Positions 39,850 through 48,599 of a DNA stretch of 64,000 nucleotides are shown here, one piece after another; the first letter of the stretch is position 1, and every line of letters begins with the position of its first letter. The position numbers and the translations under genes were made by a program. The notes under the pieces were generated by a model. The model saw only the letters and a program-made list of their open reading frames with translations, was not told the origin of the DNA and did not search any database. The stretch is from an uncultured Gammaproteobacteria bacterium. GTDB taxonomy: Bacteria > Patescibacteriota > Microgenomatia > CAYXHB01. The stretch covers positions 1,954-65,953 of the forward strand of contig CAZLQM010000003.1 of assembly GCA_964561945.1 (NCBI GenBank), given 5' to 3'.

Positions 39850-41163
39850 ATGGCGGGCGTTAAGATCCCTCCACACAGTGAGGATGTAGAGGTGTCGGTG
39901 CTGGGAGCGGTGTTGATTGATAAGGATACTTTTATAGATTTAGCCGGTTGGTTGAAGAGTGAACATTTTTATAATGTGGGGAATAGTGCGATTTATGAAG
40001 TTATGTTGGAGTTATATGAAAACCGACAGCCGATTGATGTGGTGACTGTGAGCGAAGGACTAAAGAAAAACAAAAAACTCAAAGCCGTGGGGGGATTGAG
40101 TTATTTGACTGAGTTGACGACTAAGGTGCCTGTTGCTGCAAACGTAGTTGAGTACGGCAAAATTATTCGTGATTATTCGATTAAGCGAAATCTGATTGCT
40201 GTGGCTGGCAAATTAGCTGATGCAGGATTTAATGATAGCGTGGCGGCGAAAGAGTTATTGGATCAGGCGGAGTCTGATGTCTTTAGTTTATCTGATCAGG
40301 GTACAACTAAGTCGTTTATTTCGGTACGTGAGGTATTATCTGGGAGTTTTGATCGGTTGGATGAATTGCAGAAACATGCAGATGGATTGCGGGGTGTGCC
40401 GACTGGATTTACAGATTTGGATGATGCATTAGCTGGGATGCAGGACTCGAATTTGTTGATTTTGGCAGCTCGACCTGGAACGGGTAAAACATCATTGGCT
40501 TTGAATTTGGCGCATTATGTGGCGGTTGAGAAACATATTCCCGTGGGGATATTTTCGTTGGAAATGAGTAGTGAGGAACTGACTGACAGGTTGCTGGTGT
40601 CTCAAGCAGATATAGACGCCTGGAAGTTAAAGACGGGACGGCTGGGAAGCGATGATTATGCGAGGTTGACTGATGCGATGGGAGTATTGGCCGAGGCTCC
40701 TTTGTATATTGATGATACGCCTGGTTTGTCGATATTAGAAATTAGGACTCGGGCAAGACGATTAAAAATGTCTACAGGTGTGAGGTTGATTTTGGTAGAT
40801 TATTTGCAGCTAGTTCATGCCTCGCGCAAGACTGATAGTCGGGTACAAGAAGTGGGAGAAGTTTCGCAGGGGTTGAAAAATATTGCTCGAGAATTGAAGA
40901 TACCTGTGCTGGCGGCGGCACAGTTGTCACGCGCAGTGGAACAGAGAGGTACCAAGAAGCCTCAGTTGTCTGACTTGCGTGAATCAGGCTCGATTGAGCA
41001 AGATGCCGACGTGGTGATGTTTCTGTGGCGAGAAAATGATGATGATTTGGAGCGAGTTAATCTGTCGATTGAGAAGCATAGGAATGGACCACTGCGAACT
41101 GTGCCGTTATTCTTCCGTGGAGATAGGATTAGGTTTTATGGGATGGATACTAAGCATAAGTAG
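39850..41163 (+). CDS. dnaB: Replicative DNA helicase
   Basis: PPHS, AARPGTGKT, FSLEMS, DYLQL, SDLRESGSIEQDAD, KHRNGP. Confidence 0.98.
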   Translation: MAGVKIPPHSEDVEVSVLGAVLIDKDTFIDLAGWLKSEHFYNVGNSAIYEVMLELYENRQPIDVVTVSEGLKKNKKLKAVGGLSYLTELTTKVPVAANVVEYGKIIRDYSIKRNLIAVAGKLADAGFNDSVAAKELLDQAESDVFSLSDQGTTKSFISVREVLSGSFDRLDELQKHADGLRGVPTGFTDLDDALAGMQDSNLLILAARPGTGKTSLALNLAHYVAVEKHIPVGIFSLEMSSEELTDRLLVSQADIDAWKLKTGRLGSDDYARLTDAMGVLAEAPLYIDDTPGLSILEIRTRARRLKMSTGVRLILVDYLQLVHASRKTDSRVQEVGEVSQGLKNIARELKIPVLAAAQLSRAVEQRGTKKPQLSDLRESGSIEQDADVVMFLWRENDDDLERVNLSIEKHRNGPLRTVPLFFRGDRIRFYGMDTKHK

Positions 41164-41426
41164 AAGAGTTGTACATTGACTTGAACTTGTCGATTATTTT
41201 TATACACAGAGAGAGATCTTTAGCTTTGTTCTGAATGACGTTTTAAGCCTTGAGGAAAATAATCATGACTTTTTGATTTGATAAGAATTGTGTTAAGGAA
41301 GTGCAGGATGACGAAGATTGTGAGTGGGATGATGGGGTTAGTAGACAAATAGGGTTTGGCGTCGTTTTAAATATAATTTAGATTATTTAATAAGGATAGG
41401 TATGTTGAATGATTTGATTTTTAGAC

Positions 41427-41457
41427 AAAAAAAGCCCGCGGCTACTCAGCCGCGGGT
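41427..41457 (-). terminator. Intrinsic terminator of cassette gene B
   Basis: + strand A7 followed by GCCCGCGGCT-ACTC-AGCCGCGGGT. Confidence 0.8.
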
Positions 41458-41469
41458 GGTGGGTGGAAT

Positions 41470-41733
41470 TTATTTTCTCCCGAAGAGTATGGCATTGGCT
41501 TTGTGCGTTGATTCTTGGATAAACATTTTTCCGATGAGAGATGCAATCTCGTAATCGCTTGTGCCAATGTCCTCGAACGTCGAGTGAGAGGCTGTCATAA
41601 AGTACAGCATCTTATCAAGATGTTTGAGTTGTTTTTTGGAGTTTTTGGCTTTTCGTAGTTTAATGAGTTGCTTTTGCGCGATTTCTCTAAATTCAGTGTG
41701 TTGTTTTTTGAGCCATTCGTCAAAGTAGGTCAT
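41470..41733 (-). CDS. Hypothetical protein with one 'IGTS..EI' helical repeat (cassette gene B)
   Basis: SD, promoter and terminator present; motif shared with 60772..61341. Confidence 0.75.
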   Translation of the reverse strand: MTYFDEWLKKQHTEFREIAQKQLIKLRKAKNSKKQLKHLDKMLYFMTASHSTFEDIGTSDYEIASLIGKMFIQESTHKANAILFGRK

Positions 41734-41835
41734 TGCTCTCCTTAAGTTTTAAAGGTTCCACCTGTGACTCTATGATTGAAGAGCCAATCCTGATTAGGAC
41801 GGATATATTATAGGATAAAAGATATAGAAAGTCAA
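41734..41835 (-). promoter_or_regulatory. Cassette-type promoter/leader, copy B
   Basis: TTGACT-17-TATAAT; GTCCT/AGGAT; TGGCTCT/AGAGTCA; GGTGGAACCTTTAAAA; AAGGAG. Confidence 0.8.
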
Positions 41836-41880
41836 AATTATAGGTTGAGAATTGTTGGGGAGTTGTGGCATAGTCTTATA

Positions 41881-42360
41881 ATGGCAAAAATAGTGGGGTT
41901 TATATTTTTGGTTGGGGTGATAGTTGGAGGATGGTTTTATCTGCGGAGTGAGAGGGTTTTGTCGGAGGTTGAAAGGGATGATTTGATAAAAAATGCACGA
42001 GAGTATTTATCCAGTAATCCAATAGTCGAGAATAGCAACAATCGTGTGAAATTAGATCAGTATTGGGAACAATCACATTTGGGGAGAGATGAGTCGAGAA
42101 GATTTGATAGTGAATGGATTGATGGTAATGATCCTCTAGTTTATCCGATGGGCGGAGATAAATGGGGAGTGGTGTGGAAGGGAATGCCTGGATGTAAGCT
42201 GGTAGAGCCTTTGGAACTTGGATATGAACCTGTGTTGGTGGATGAGAGCGGTAAAGTTTGTGGGACTTGGTGGCAAATAACTGTGGAGATTGATAATAAG
42301 ATAGAGCAGAGGAGTCTTGTGATTCGGGAAATAGGATATGGTGAGGATTTGGAGTTGTAG
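41881..42360 (+). CDS. Hypothetical membrane-anchored protein
   Basis: N-terminal TM; host-like G-rich codons. Confidence 0.6.
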   Translation: MAKIVGFIFLVGVIVGGWFYLRSERVLSEVERDDLIKNAREYLSSNPIVENSNNRVKLDQYWEQSHLGRDESRRFDSEWIDGNDPLVYPMGGDKWGVVWKGMPGCKLVEPLELGYEPVLVDESGKVCGTWWQITVEIDNKIEQRSLVIREIGYGEDLEL

Positions 42361-42374
42361 AGAGAGCAAAAAGT

Positions 42375-42405
42375 AAAAAGCACCATACTTGTCGAGTATG
42401 GTGCT
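42375..42405 (-). terminator. Intrinsic terminator of cassette gene C
   Basis: AGCACCATACT/AGTATGGTGCT hairpin with an A run on its left. Confidence 0.75.
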
Positions 42406-42422
42406 GGAGTATATATGTGGGT

Positions 42423-42692
42423 TTATCCGCGGTGAATCCACCAGCCGATTAAACCGTTGATTTGGATGGGGTCTATGCGTCCACCATGAATGGTGAATTC
42501 AAGCTCTCCGCGGGATGAGGAATTAATTCTCATATAAACACCTGACTGGGTGTTTTCTATGAAAAGTTCGCCCGCTGGGTTAGTGTAAACCTTTAAGCGA
42601 CGATGATTGTCGATGTAGCAAACTGGGAAAGGAGAATCATCATATGTTTCTTCCTTCTTTTCTTCAGCCAGGTAGAATTCCTCGTCGCTCAT
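42423..42692 (-). CDS. Hypothetical protein (cassette gene C)
   Basis: ATG at 42692, 6 nt after AAGGAG. Confidence 0.7.
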   Translation of the reverse strand: MSDEEFYLAEEKKEETYDDSPFPVCYIDNHRRLKVYTNPAGELFIENTQSGVYMRINSSSRGELEFTIHGGRIDPIQINGLIGWWIHRG

Positions 42693-42791
42693 AACCATCT
42701 CCTTTGGGTGTAAAGTGCGATTTTCGTTAAAACGAAGACTTCTGGTGTTCAGAAGTTGAGTGATTATAGTGTAGTCATATCCAGAAGTCAA
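42693..42791 (-). promoter_or_regulatory. Cassette-type promoter/leader, copy C
   Basis: TTGACT-17-TATAAT; ACTTCTG/CAGAAGT; TTCGTT/AACGAA; GCACTTTACA; AAGGAG. Confidence 0.75.
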
Positions 42792-42914
42792 TTGTTATAG
42801 GTTAGTTGATGGAATTTAATCTTTGATATGTTTTGGATGGTGAGATATAGAGAAGTTAAATGATTTAAAGTCTAGGTTTGTTTCATTGTTTAGGAGGCTG
42901 GCGTGGAGAATTAA

Positions 42915-43250
42915 TTATTTTTTTGACAAAAAAATCCACGACTCGGGAGAGTCGTGGAAGATAGTCGATCGGAGAAAATTAGCTGTTCCACCCTTTGCAG
43001 GTTCTGGACGCAACTTGTCTTTTAGCCTGTTGAGTTCCTGAAGTTTTTTAGGAAGTGTTTCAATTGGCTCCAAACCATTAAGTATCGTCAGTTCGTTGAT
43101 TGTGACTTCGCCTGTTTGAATAGCTTCGGTTATTTCAAGAATAGTTTTTTCTGCGTAAGTCTGATCCTTTAGCGCTTGGTTACCGTCTTCAGCCTGTAGC
43201 CATCGGATTTTTGCATTGATATCGTCGAGTGCTCTAGATCCAATTACCAT
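42915..43250 (-). CDS. Hypothetical protein (cassette gene D)
   Basis: AAGGAG 7 nt before the ATG; the ORF runs through a terminator-like hairpin at 42928-42958. Confidence 0.65.
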   Translation of the reverse strand: MVIGSRALDDINAKIRWLQAEDGNQALKDQTYAEKTILEITEAIQTGEVTINELTILNGLEPIETLPKKLQELNRLKDKLRPEPAKGGTANFLRSTIFHDSPESWIFLSKK

Positions 43251-43320
43251 TATTATTCTCCTTGTGAAAGTACTATCTGAGTTTGGTTAGATTACTAAAC
43301 TAATCCCAGAAGCTGGGATG
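43251..43320 (-). promoter_or_regulatory. Cassette-type leader, copy D (no clear promoter)
   Basis: ATCCCAG/CTGGGAT; AGTTT/AAACT; GTACTTTCACA; AAGGAG. Confidence 0.7.
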
Positions 43321-43519
43321 AAGTAAAGTTCAATAGGTATTTATTGTGCGTTTGTTTGACGAAATCCGAACCTTTTTTGAACGGAACTGACGGCGCGCTT
43401 CGCGCGCCAAACTGAACACTCGGGCGGGCAAAAAGGAAGGGGGTTAGGGGGAAGGAATTTTTGCCCGCCCTCGCTTTCCGCCGCCGCCGAATTTCGTGCC
43501 AACGAAGTTGGTGCGCCGC

Positions 43520-44497
43520 CTATTTATCAAATTTCAAAAAATATTCTTTCGGTTTGGACTCTCGCTCTATTATATCATTCCAACTCGGTTTTACATCTGA
43601 AACTCTTTTGATTTTTCCCTCATGCCAACAAAAGGGATTCACTACTCGCGATTTACAAAAAACTTTTCCATTGTAATTATTCGGATCGTTTCTGAAACCG
43701 ATTTTATTATTCATTCTATCAAACAATAAACTTAATTGTGAATCTGTCTTAATGTGCGGCTCTATTTTTTCCAAAACAATTTTATCGGTAGTATACAAAT
43801 CGGTTTCAGAAATATAGTTTTTTGAAAGTGCATAACGAAGATAATCGCCAACAGTTCGAAACATAACCGCAGAGAGCGGTCCAGCATAATAATCTGTGTT
43901 TAGCTTCAAAAATAACTCAGCGTATTTTTCAGCACTTTCAAAATCTTTAAAAATCCACTTTCCATTTTCCGCTAAAAGATTATCAGTAAAATATTTTCCA
44001 TTTTCTATTTCTCTAAAAACAGTAGCGGTTCTTAACGAGTAATCAATTCTATCCGCACATAAATCCGGCAAATCTTTTTCTTTTAGCGGAAAATTTTTGT
44101 CGTCTAAAATGTAATCTAAATCCAAATTGTATTTTTTGAGTATTTCGGGAATTTCTGATTTTCTAACAAATTCGTCAAAAACATTATCTTGATGATTATG
44201 TTCTTTTTCAGAGCCAGCGTCTAAAACATAATCTATACAATGAGAAAAAGCCGAGTGCGAAACATCGTGAATAAGTCCGGCAATTTGTTCTTCAATCGGG
44301 CGCACCGTACATTTTAAAAGCAAATAAACGCCGATTGAATGTTCAAAACGAGAATGTGCGGTTCCGGGAAAATGAGGCTCAAAATAGCCAGCTTGGTCTA
44401 CTTCCTTTAATCGCTGAAAAGTTTTGGAATTTATCAATTCCAAGATTATCGGTTCCTCAATTTCAAAATTTCCATATACTCGGTCTGTGTATTTCAT
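43520..44497 (-). CDS. HD-domain phosphohydrolase (SAMHD1/dNTPase-like)
   Basis: D.VYG, FQRL..VDQ, HSRFEHSIGV, IHDVSHSAFSH, ADRIDY. Confidence 0.88.
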   Translation of the reverse strand: MKYTDRVYGNFEIEEPIILELINSKTFQRLKEVDQAGYFEPHFPGTAHSRFEHSIGVYLLLKCTVRPIEEQIAGLIHDVSHSAFSHCIDYVLDAGSEKEHNHQDNVFDEFVRKSEIPEILKKYNLDLDYILDDKNFPLKEKDLPDLCADRIDYSLRTATVFREIENGKYFTDNLLAENGKWIFKDFESAEKYAELFLKLNTDYYAGPLSAVMFRTVGDYLRYALSKNYISETDLYTTDKIVLEKIEPHIKTDSQLSLLFDRMNNKIGFRNDPNNYNGKVFCKSRVVNPFCWHEGKIKRVSDVKPSWNDIIERESKPKEYFLKFDK

Positions 44498-44500
44498 AAT

Positions 44501-44887
44501 TTATTTTAATCTTTTAACAAGTTCTGCCGGCGAAGAAATTATTTCTCTAAATAAAACATGACGACATAATTCTTCGTCGCCCGTTAGTGCATAAATTGGT
44601 TTTCCAGTCGCTACTGCATAGCCGATTTCCAAAGTCGTACTATTTCCAGCATATCCGTCTTTGTTAAAAACAAAAACCACATCGGCCATTTGTATTTTGT
44701 AAAAATGGTCATGAGTTAGCCCAAGAGCAACAAATTTTTTGTAATCGTCTGATAATTCCGCCCATTCATCTTGTCCGGAATGTAAATATGGTTCAAACAC
44801 AACAACGCCGAACTCTTTTAGTTTTTTGCCAAATTCTCGCATTTCTGGTTTAAAGCGGCGACTGCCGCAAAGGACTACTGTTTTCAT
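44501..44887 (-). CDS. Nucleoside 2-deoxyribosyltransferase-like fold protein
   Basis: LCGS..F, H..KI..AD.VFV.N..GY.G.ST..EIGYA...GKPI. Confidence 0.7.
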   Translation of the reverse strand: MKTVVLCGSRRFKPEMREFGKKLKEFGVVVFEPYLHSGQDEWAELSDDYKKFVALGLTHDHFYKIQMADVVFVFNKDGYAGNSTTLEIGYAVATGKPIYALTGDEELCRHVLFREIISSPAELVKRLK

Positions 44888-44892
44888 AATGT

Positions 44893-45099
44893 TTATTTTA
44901 TTAACTCTTCTATTGAAACGCCCAGCGCTTTGGCAATTTTTGCCATAGTTTGGACGCTTGGCTTATTAACAGTGCCGCCTTCGACTTTCATAAGCGTTGT
45001 ATATTTAATATCCGCTTTCTTGGCTAAATCGTCTTGGGTCAAGCCAAGTTTAGCCCGTGCTTTCTTTATATTTTCGCTGATTGTTTTTCCACTTGTCAT
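44893..45099 (-). CDS. XRE family HTH transcriptional regulator
   Basis: IKKAR..LGLTQ.DLA, E.G...PS, IAKALGVSIEEL. Confidence 0.93.
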   Translation of the reverse strand: MTSGKTISENIKKARAKLGLTQDDLAKKADIKYTTLMKVEGGTVNKPSVQTMAKIAKALGVSIEELIK

Positions 45100-45197
45100 A
45101 TAAATAAAGTTTTGGTAGTATTATAGTATATAAGGTTATTACCTTTCCGCGCTTCGCGCGGCCGAATCGGTCGGCAAAATTCCTGAAAGTTTGATTG

Positions 45198-45284
45198 TGG
45201 TGCCGGGGGCGGGAATCGAACCCGCACCTAGTTGCCTAGACAGGTTTTTGAGACCTGCGCGTCTGCCAGTTCCGCCACCCCGGC
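45198..45284 (-). tRNA. tRNA-Leu(CAA)
   Basis: GCCGGGG acceptor stem, CAGGT-CTCAAAA-ACCTG anticodon arm, long variable arm, GGTTCGATT T-loop, encoded CCA. Confidence 0.96.
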
Positions 45285-45423
45285 TTGGGTAAAAATGTTG
45301 TTAATTTTTAAACTTAGAAACTAAAAAGTTTTTTGACTGCACTTGAAATGATAAGATGTTGGGTGCGTGCTTTTGAGCGTATTTTATTATACAATAGGTT
45401 GGTTGGAAATATAAAACAAAAAT

Positions 45424-46008
45424 ATGATTGGTGTAACTGAATTACGTGCTGGGACAGCGTTTCGATTGGATAATCAGTTATGGGTAGTGGTGAAGTATGA
45501 GCATGTCAAAATGGGTCGAGGAACGGCAACGATTAAGATCAAAGCTCGTAATTTGGAAAGCGGATCAGTGGTAGAAAAATCGTTTATATCGGGAGCTAAG
45601 GTAGAAGAGGCAAATACCATGCGCAGAGAAATGACTTTTTTGTATGCGGATGGAGATAATGTGGTGATGATGGACCCGCAGTCTTATGAGCAATTTATGA
45701 TACCGCAAAGCCTCTTGGAGGATGAGATGGTTTATTTGAAAGAAGGAGAAAACGTAGTTGTGCTTATGGTAAATGAAGAGGATGGAGCAAGAGCTTTGAC
45801 GATAGATTTGCCACCGAAGATGACCTTTGTGGTGGCTGAGGCAGATCCTGGAGTTAAGGGAGATAGCGCTGCTAATATGTTAAAAAAGGCTAAACTTGAG
45901 AACGGCATGGAAGTTAAAGTGCCGTTGTTTATCAAAGTTGGAGAAAGAATCAGAATTGATACTCGAACTGGTAACTATGTGGAACGAGCCAATGATGAGG
46001 GCAAGTAG
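45424..46008 (+). CDS. efp: Elongation factor P
   Basis: HVKMGRG, FLYADG, PGVKGD, VPLFI..GE.I.IDTR.G.YVER. Confidence 0.97.
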   Translation: MIGVTELRAGTAFRLDNQLWVVVKYEHVKMGRGTATIKIKARNLESGSVVEKSFISGAKVEEANTMRREMTFLYADGDNVVMMDPQSYEQFMIPQSLLEDEMVYLKEGENVVVLMVNEEDGARALTIDLPPKMTFVVAEADPGVKGDSAANMLKKAKLENGMEVKVPLFIKVGERIRIDTRTGNYVERANDEGK

Positions 46009-46061
46009 TTATTTTTTTTGAGTAAGATTAATTTGTGTTAGGATGAGCTAGGATAAATATT

Positions 46062-46763
46062 ATGATGGGCAATTTATTATTTGTTTTGAGTTGGATTGCA
46101 GTATTGGTGGTCGGACCTTTTTTGATTTGGCGTAGGATTAGGGATGAATATAACGATGAAGATGTAGTTAAATTACTGTTAATTCTTATTGTTTTTAGCC
46201 TGGTTGGGGCAAAGGGTTTTGGGGTGATTGGGTGGTTGGCAATAAGTGGCTGGAAAGTAGGGAGTAATTGGTGGATGGATAGTAGACTAGATATTTGGGG
46301 TGGAGTAATGGCTGGAATGGTAGGGATGTGGTGGTATCACTTGGATCGTGCTCGAGGTTTGACGGGGGATGTTGAGGATGCAATAGCTGAAGGATATTGG
46401 TGGGTGTTAGTGATTTTGGCGTTGGGGCGAGAAGTCGCTAGATTAATGGAGGGAAACTGGGCTGGGTTGGGGTGGGTGTTGATTTGGTTGGTGGGATTAG
46501 GAGCTTTTTATTGGGTACGAGGGAAATATCGTCAGTTTAGTTGGTATCCAAGTGGTAAGGTGGGATTTGTGTTTTGGTGTTCGATGATTTTTGTTGGATT
46601 GGGGTACAGTGTGTGGGCATTTATGAGTGGGAATATATTGTTAGGATTTGGGAGGTTTGTGTTTGGTTTTGGGACCACGATTTTTGGGTTAATTGGTTGG
46701 TATCGCAGATCTGGACGCAAGGTGCGTAAGGATTTTGGGTGGTTACCTGGAGTAAGATTTTAG
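46062..46763 (+). CDS. Membrane protein, divergent Lgt-like
   Basis: About 7 TMs, L.GA(K/R), WGG motif; upstream of lspA. Confidence 0.45.
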   Translation: MMGNLLFVLSWIAVLVVGPFLIWRRIRDEYNDEDVVKLLLILIVFSLVGAKGFGVIGWLAISGWKVGSNWWMDSRLDIWGGVMAGMVGMWWYHLDRARGLTGDVEDAIAEGYWWVLVILALGREVARLMEGNWAGLGWVLIWLVGLGAFYWVRGKYRQFSWYPSGKVGFVFWCSMIFVGLGYSVWAFMSGNILLGFGRFVFGFGTTIFGLIGWYRRSGRKVRKDFGWLPGVRF

Positions 46764-46765
46764 CC

Positions 46766-47173
46766 ATGAAGAATGTTTTGGATAGGTATGGATTGATTGT
46801 TGTAGGATTATTAGTTTTTGGGTTGGATCGATGGACTAAGTTTTATATATTAAACAATGGTTGGGAATATGTGATGAACGAGGGCGGAGTTTGGGGATTG
46901 CATCAAGGTTTGGACTGGCGATGGGTGAGTTTGGTAGTAATTGCTGGATTGGTGGTTTATGTGATGAGGCAGAAAATGAGTTTGAAATATCAAATTGGCT
47001 ATGGAATGGTAATTGGTGGAGGATTGGGAAATCTATATGATAGATTAACTCTGGGGGCGGTAATTGATTGGATTGGGTTGGTGGATTGGTTTGCATGGTT
47101 TAATATAGCTGATATGGCGATTAATGTTGGATTGGGGTTAATAATTTTTTGGACTTTTTATGGAAAACGATAA
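46766..47173 (+). CDS. lspA: Lipoprotein signal peptidase II
   Basis: DRWTK, NEG, GGLGNLYDR, VIDWI, FNIAD. Confidence 0.92.
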   Translation: MKNVLDRYGLIVVGLLVFGLDRWTKFYILNNGWEYVMNEGGVWGLHQGLDWRWVSLVVIAGLVVYVMRQKMSLKYQIGYGMVIGGGLGNLYDRLTLGAVIDWIGLVDWFAWFNIADMAINVGLGLIIFWTFYGKR

Positions 47174-47924
47174 TGATTTGTTAATAGTGTTTAATAAATA
47201 TTTTCCAATTGATCAGGAGATAAAAATAGTTGAGGAGAATGATGAAATGCTTGTTATAAATAAACCTGTTGGCGTGGTGGTAAACGATGCTGTGAGTGCC
47301 AGGGGAATGACAGTACAGGCATGGATGGAAGAGAGATACGATTTTGGATCAGGTCCTGAAGTTGCGCCTGAGAAGTATAAAGACTGGGATGGTGTTAATT
47401 ATCTTGCTTTTTGGGAGAGAGATGGTATGGTGCATCGGCTAGATAAAGAAACTAGTGGATTGTTAGTTTTGGCCAAAAATCCTGACAAATTTGTAGAGTT
47501 GTTAAAAATTTTTCGGGAGCGTGAAGTACGCAAAACTTATTATGCATTGGTGCATGGTGTCCCTGTCAATTTGGAAGGGGAGATTGATGCACCCGTGGGA
47601 AGATTGCCTTGGAATAGGGTGAGATTTGGAGTGTTTCCTGGGGGTAGACAAGCGTTAACGAGTTATAAAGTGATAAATATTTGGAAAAAGGTAGCAATTG
47701 AAGGAGTGGCGGGGAGATATGATTTTGCGTTGGTTGAGGTCAAACCCCACACTGGGCGGACTCATCAGATTAGAGTGCATATGCAGTTGTTGGGAACTCC
47801 GATTGTGGGAGATGAGTTGTATAGTGGGCGGAAATTATTGCGAGCAGGGCGGAAACTGTGGAAGCGAATGTGCTTGGTGGCGGGGAAGTTGGAGATGGAG
47901 GGGAAGATATGGGAGATGGTTTAG
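47160..47924 (+). CDS. RluA family pseudouridine synthase
   Basis: INKP.G, HRLDKETSG, TGRTHQIRVH, PIVGD. Confidence 0.95.
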   Translation: MENDNDLLIVFNKYFPIDQEIKIVEENDEMLVINKPVGVVVNDAVSARGMTVQAWMEERYDFGSGPEVAPEKYKDWDGVNYLAFWERDGMVHRLDKETSGLLVLAKNPDKFVELLKIFREREVRKTYYALVHGVPVNLEGEIDAPVGRLPWNRVRFGVFPGGRQALTSYKVINIWKKVAIEGVAGRYDFALVEVKPHTGRTHQIRVHMQLLGTPIVGDELYSGRKLLRAGRKLWKRMCLVAGKLEMEGKIWEMV

Positions 47925-48029
47925 TGGCTTAAGGTACAATTTTGAAATTTATTCATATGAATGAACGGTTATATTTTTTATTGTTTATAGTTGCTAATAG
48001 GGGAAGCGTGGGGTGGATGGGTATGATAA

Positions 48030-48512
48030 TTAGGGTTTACATATTCCACTGATACAGCTTATCGGGGAGCAACACGTTGATGATCCTCCACAAGTTTCTC
48101 CAACTTTTTGGCAGGGGACGGGGGTTGGGGTAGGTACAAACTTAGGTGTAGGTATTGTTGATGCTGGTGGGGGAGTAAAGATTGAGCCTGGGGCTTGGAA
48201 GACTGAGATACCAAGGAAGTACTGGACAAGGAGAGCAATGGTGTAGGTTAGTGAGAGAACTGCAAAGCCAAAGAGGCAGTTGGTGATTTTGGTTCTGGAT
48301 GAGCTGACGGTGTTAGTATCACCACCTGAGTTAATCCATTGGACTCCGTAGATGATAATACACATAAAGAGTATAAGAGCTCCGATGATGAGTGACCAAC
48401 CTATGGCTTGAGAAATTAAGCCAAAGACATCAGTAATTTGGAAGGAGGTTTGAAGTTTTGGGTTACGTAGTTCAACATCAAGATTAGAGACTATGGTTGC
48501 GTAGAGCCACAT
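48030..48512 (-). CDS. TrbC/VirB2-like pilin with a short Cys-knot-like C-terminus
   Basis: GVQWINSGGD..R.KIT..LFG pilin motif; PT linker; C-x6-C-x5-CC-x4-C-x4-C. Confidence 0.7.
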   Translation of the reverse strand: MWLYATIVSNLDVELRNPKLQTSFQITDVFGLISQAIGWSLIIGALILFMCIIIYGVQWINSGGDTNTVSSSRTKITNCLFGFAVLSLTYTIALLVQYFLGISVFQAPGSIFTPPPASTIPTPKFVPTPTPVPCQKVGETCGGSSTCCSPISCISGICKP

Positions 48513-48520
48513 ACGCTAAT
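48081..48520. repeat. 440-bp direct repeat, copy 1
   Basis: Identical by eye to 49491..49930 (offset 1410). Confidence 0.9.
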
Positions 48521-48599
48521 GTTAGAAGTTTGGAGATTTTAACTCAAGGAGAGAAAAATGTGATTGTAGTTGGGTTGGAGAAGAAAGTGGATAATTAAT

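Larger units (their letters stand above)
43345..45197. mobile_element. Small genomic islet at the 3' end of tRNA-Leu, no integrase inside
   Basis: Host G>C skew is lost abruptly; GC-rich palindromes at both ends; abuts the tRNA CCA end. Confidence 0.7.

Noticed and set aside
41340-42910. R-like boundary repeats beside cassettes B-D (GTAGAC..TTGGCGTC, TGGCGTGG)
   Set aside because: Matches of only 6-7 bp, expected by chance; R is supported only at the xer array.
45424-46008. EF-P with Arg at the loop tip (KMGRG) implying EarP rhamnosylation via gmd/rmd
   Set aside because: EarP uses dTDP-L-rhamnose, not GDP-sugars, and no earP is adjacent.
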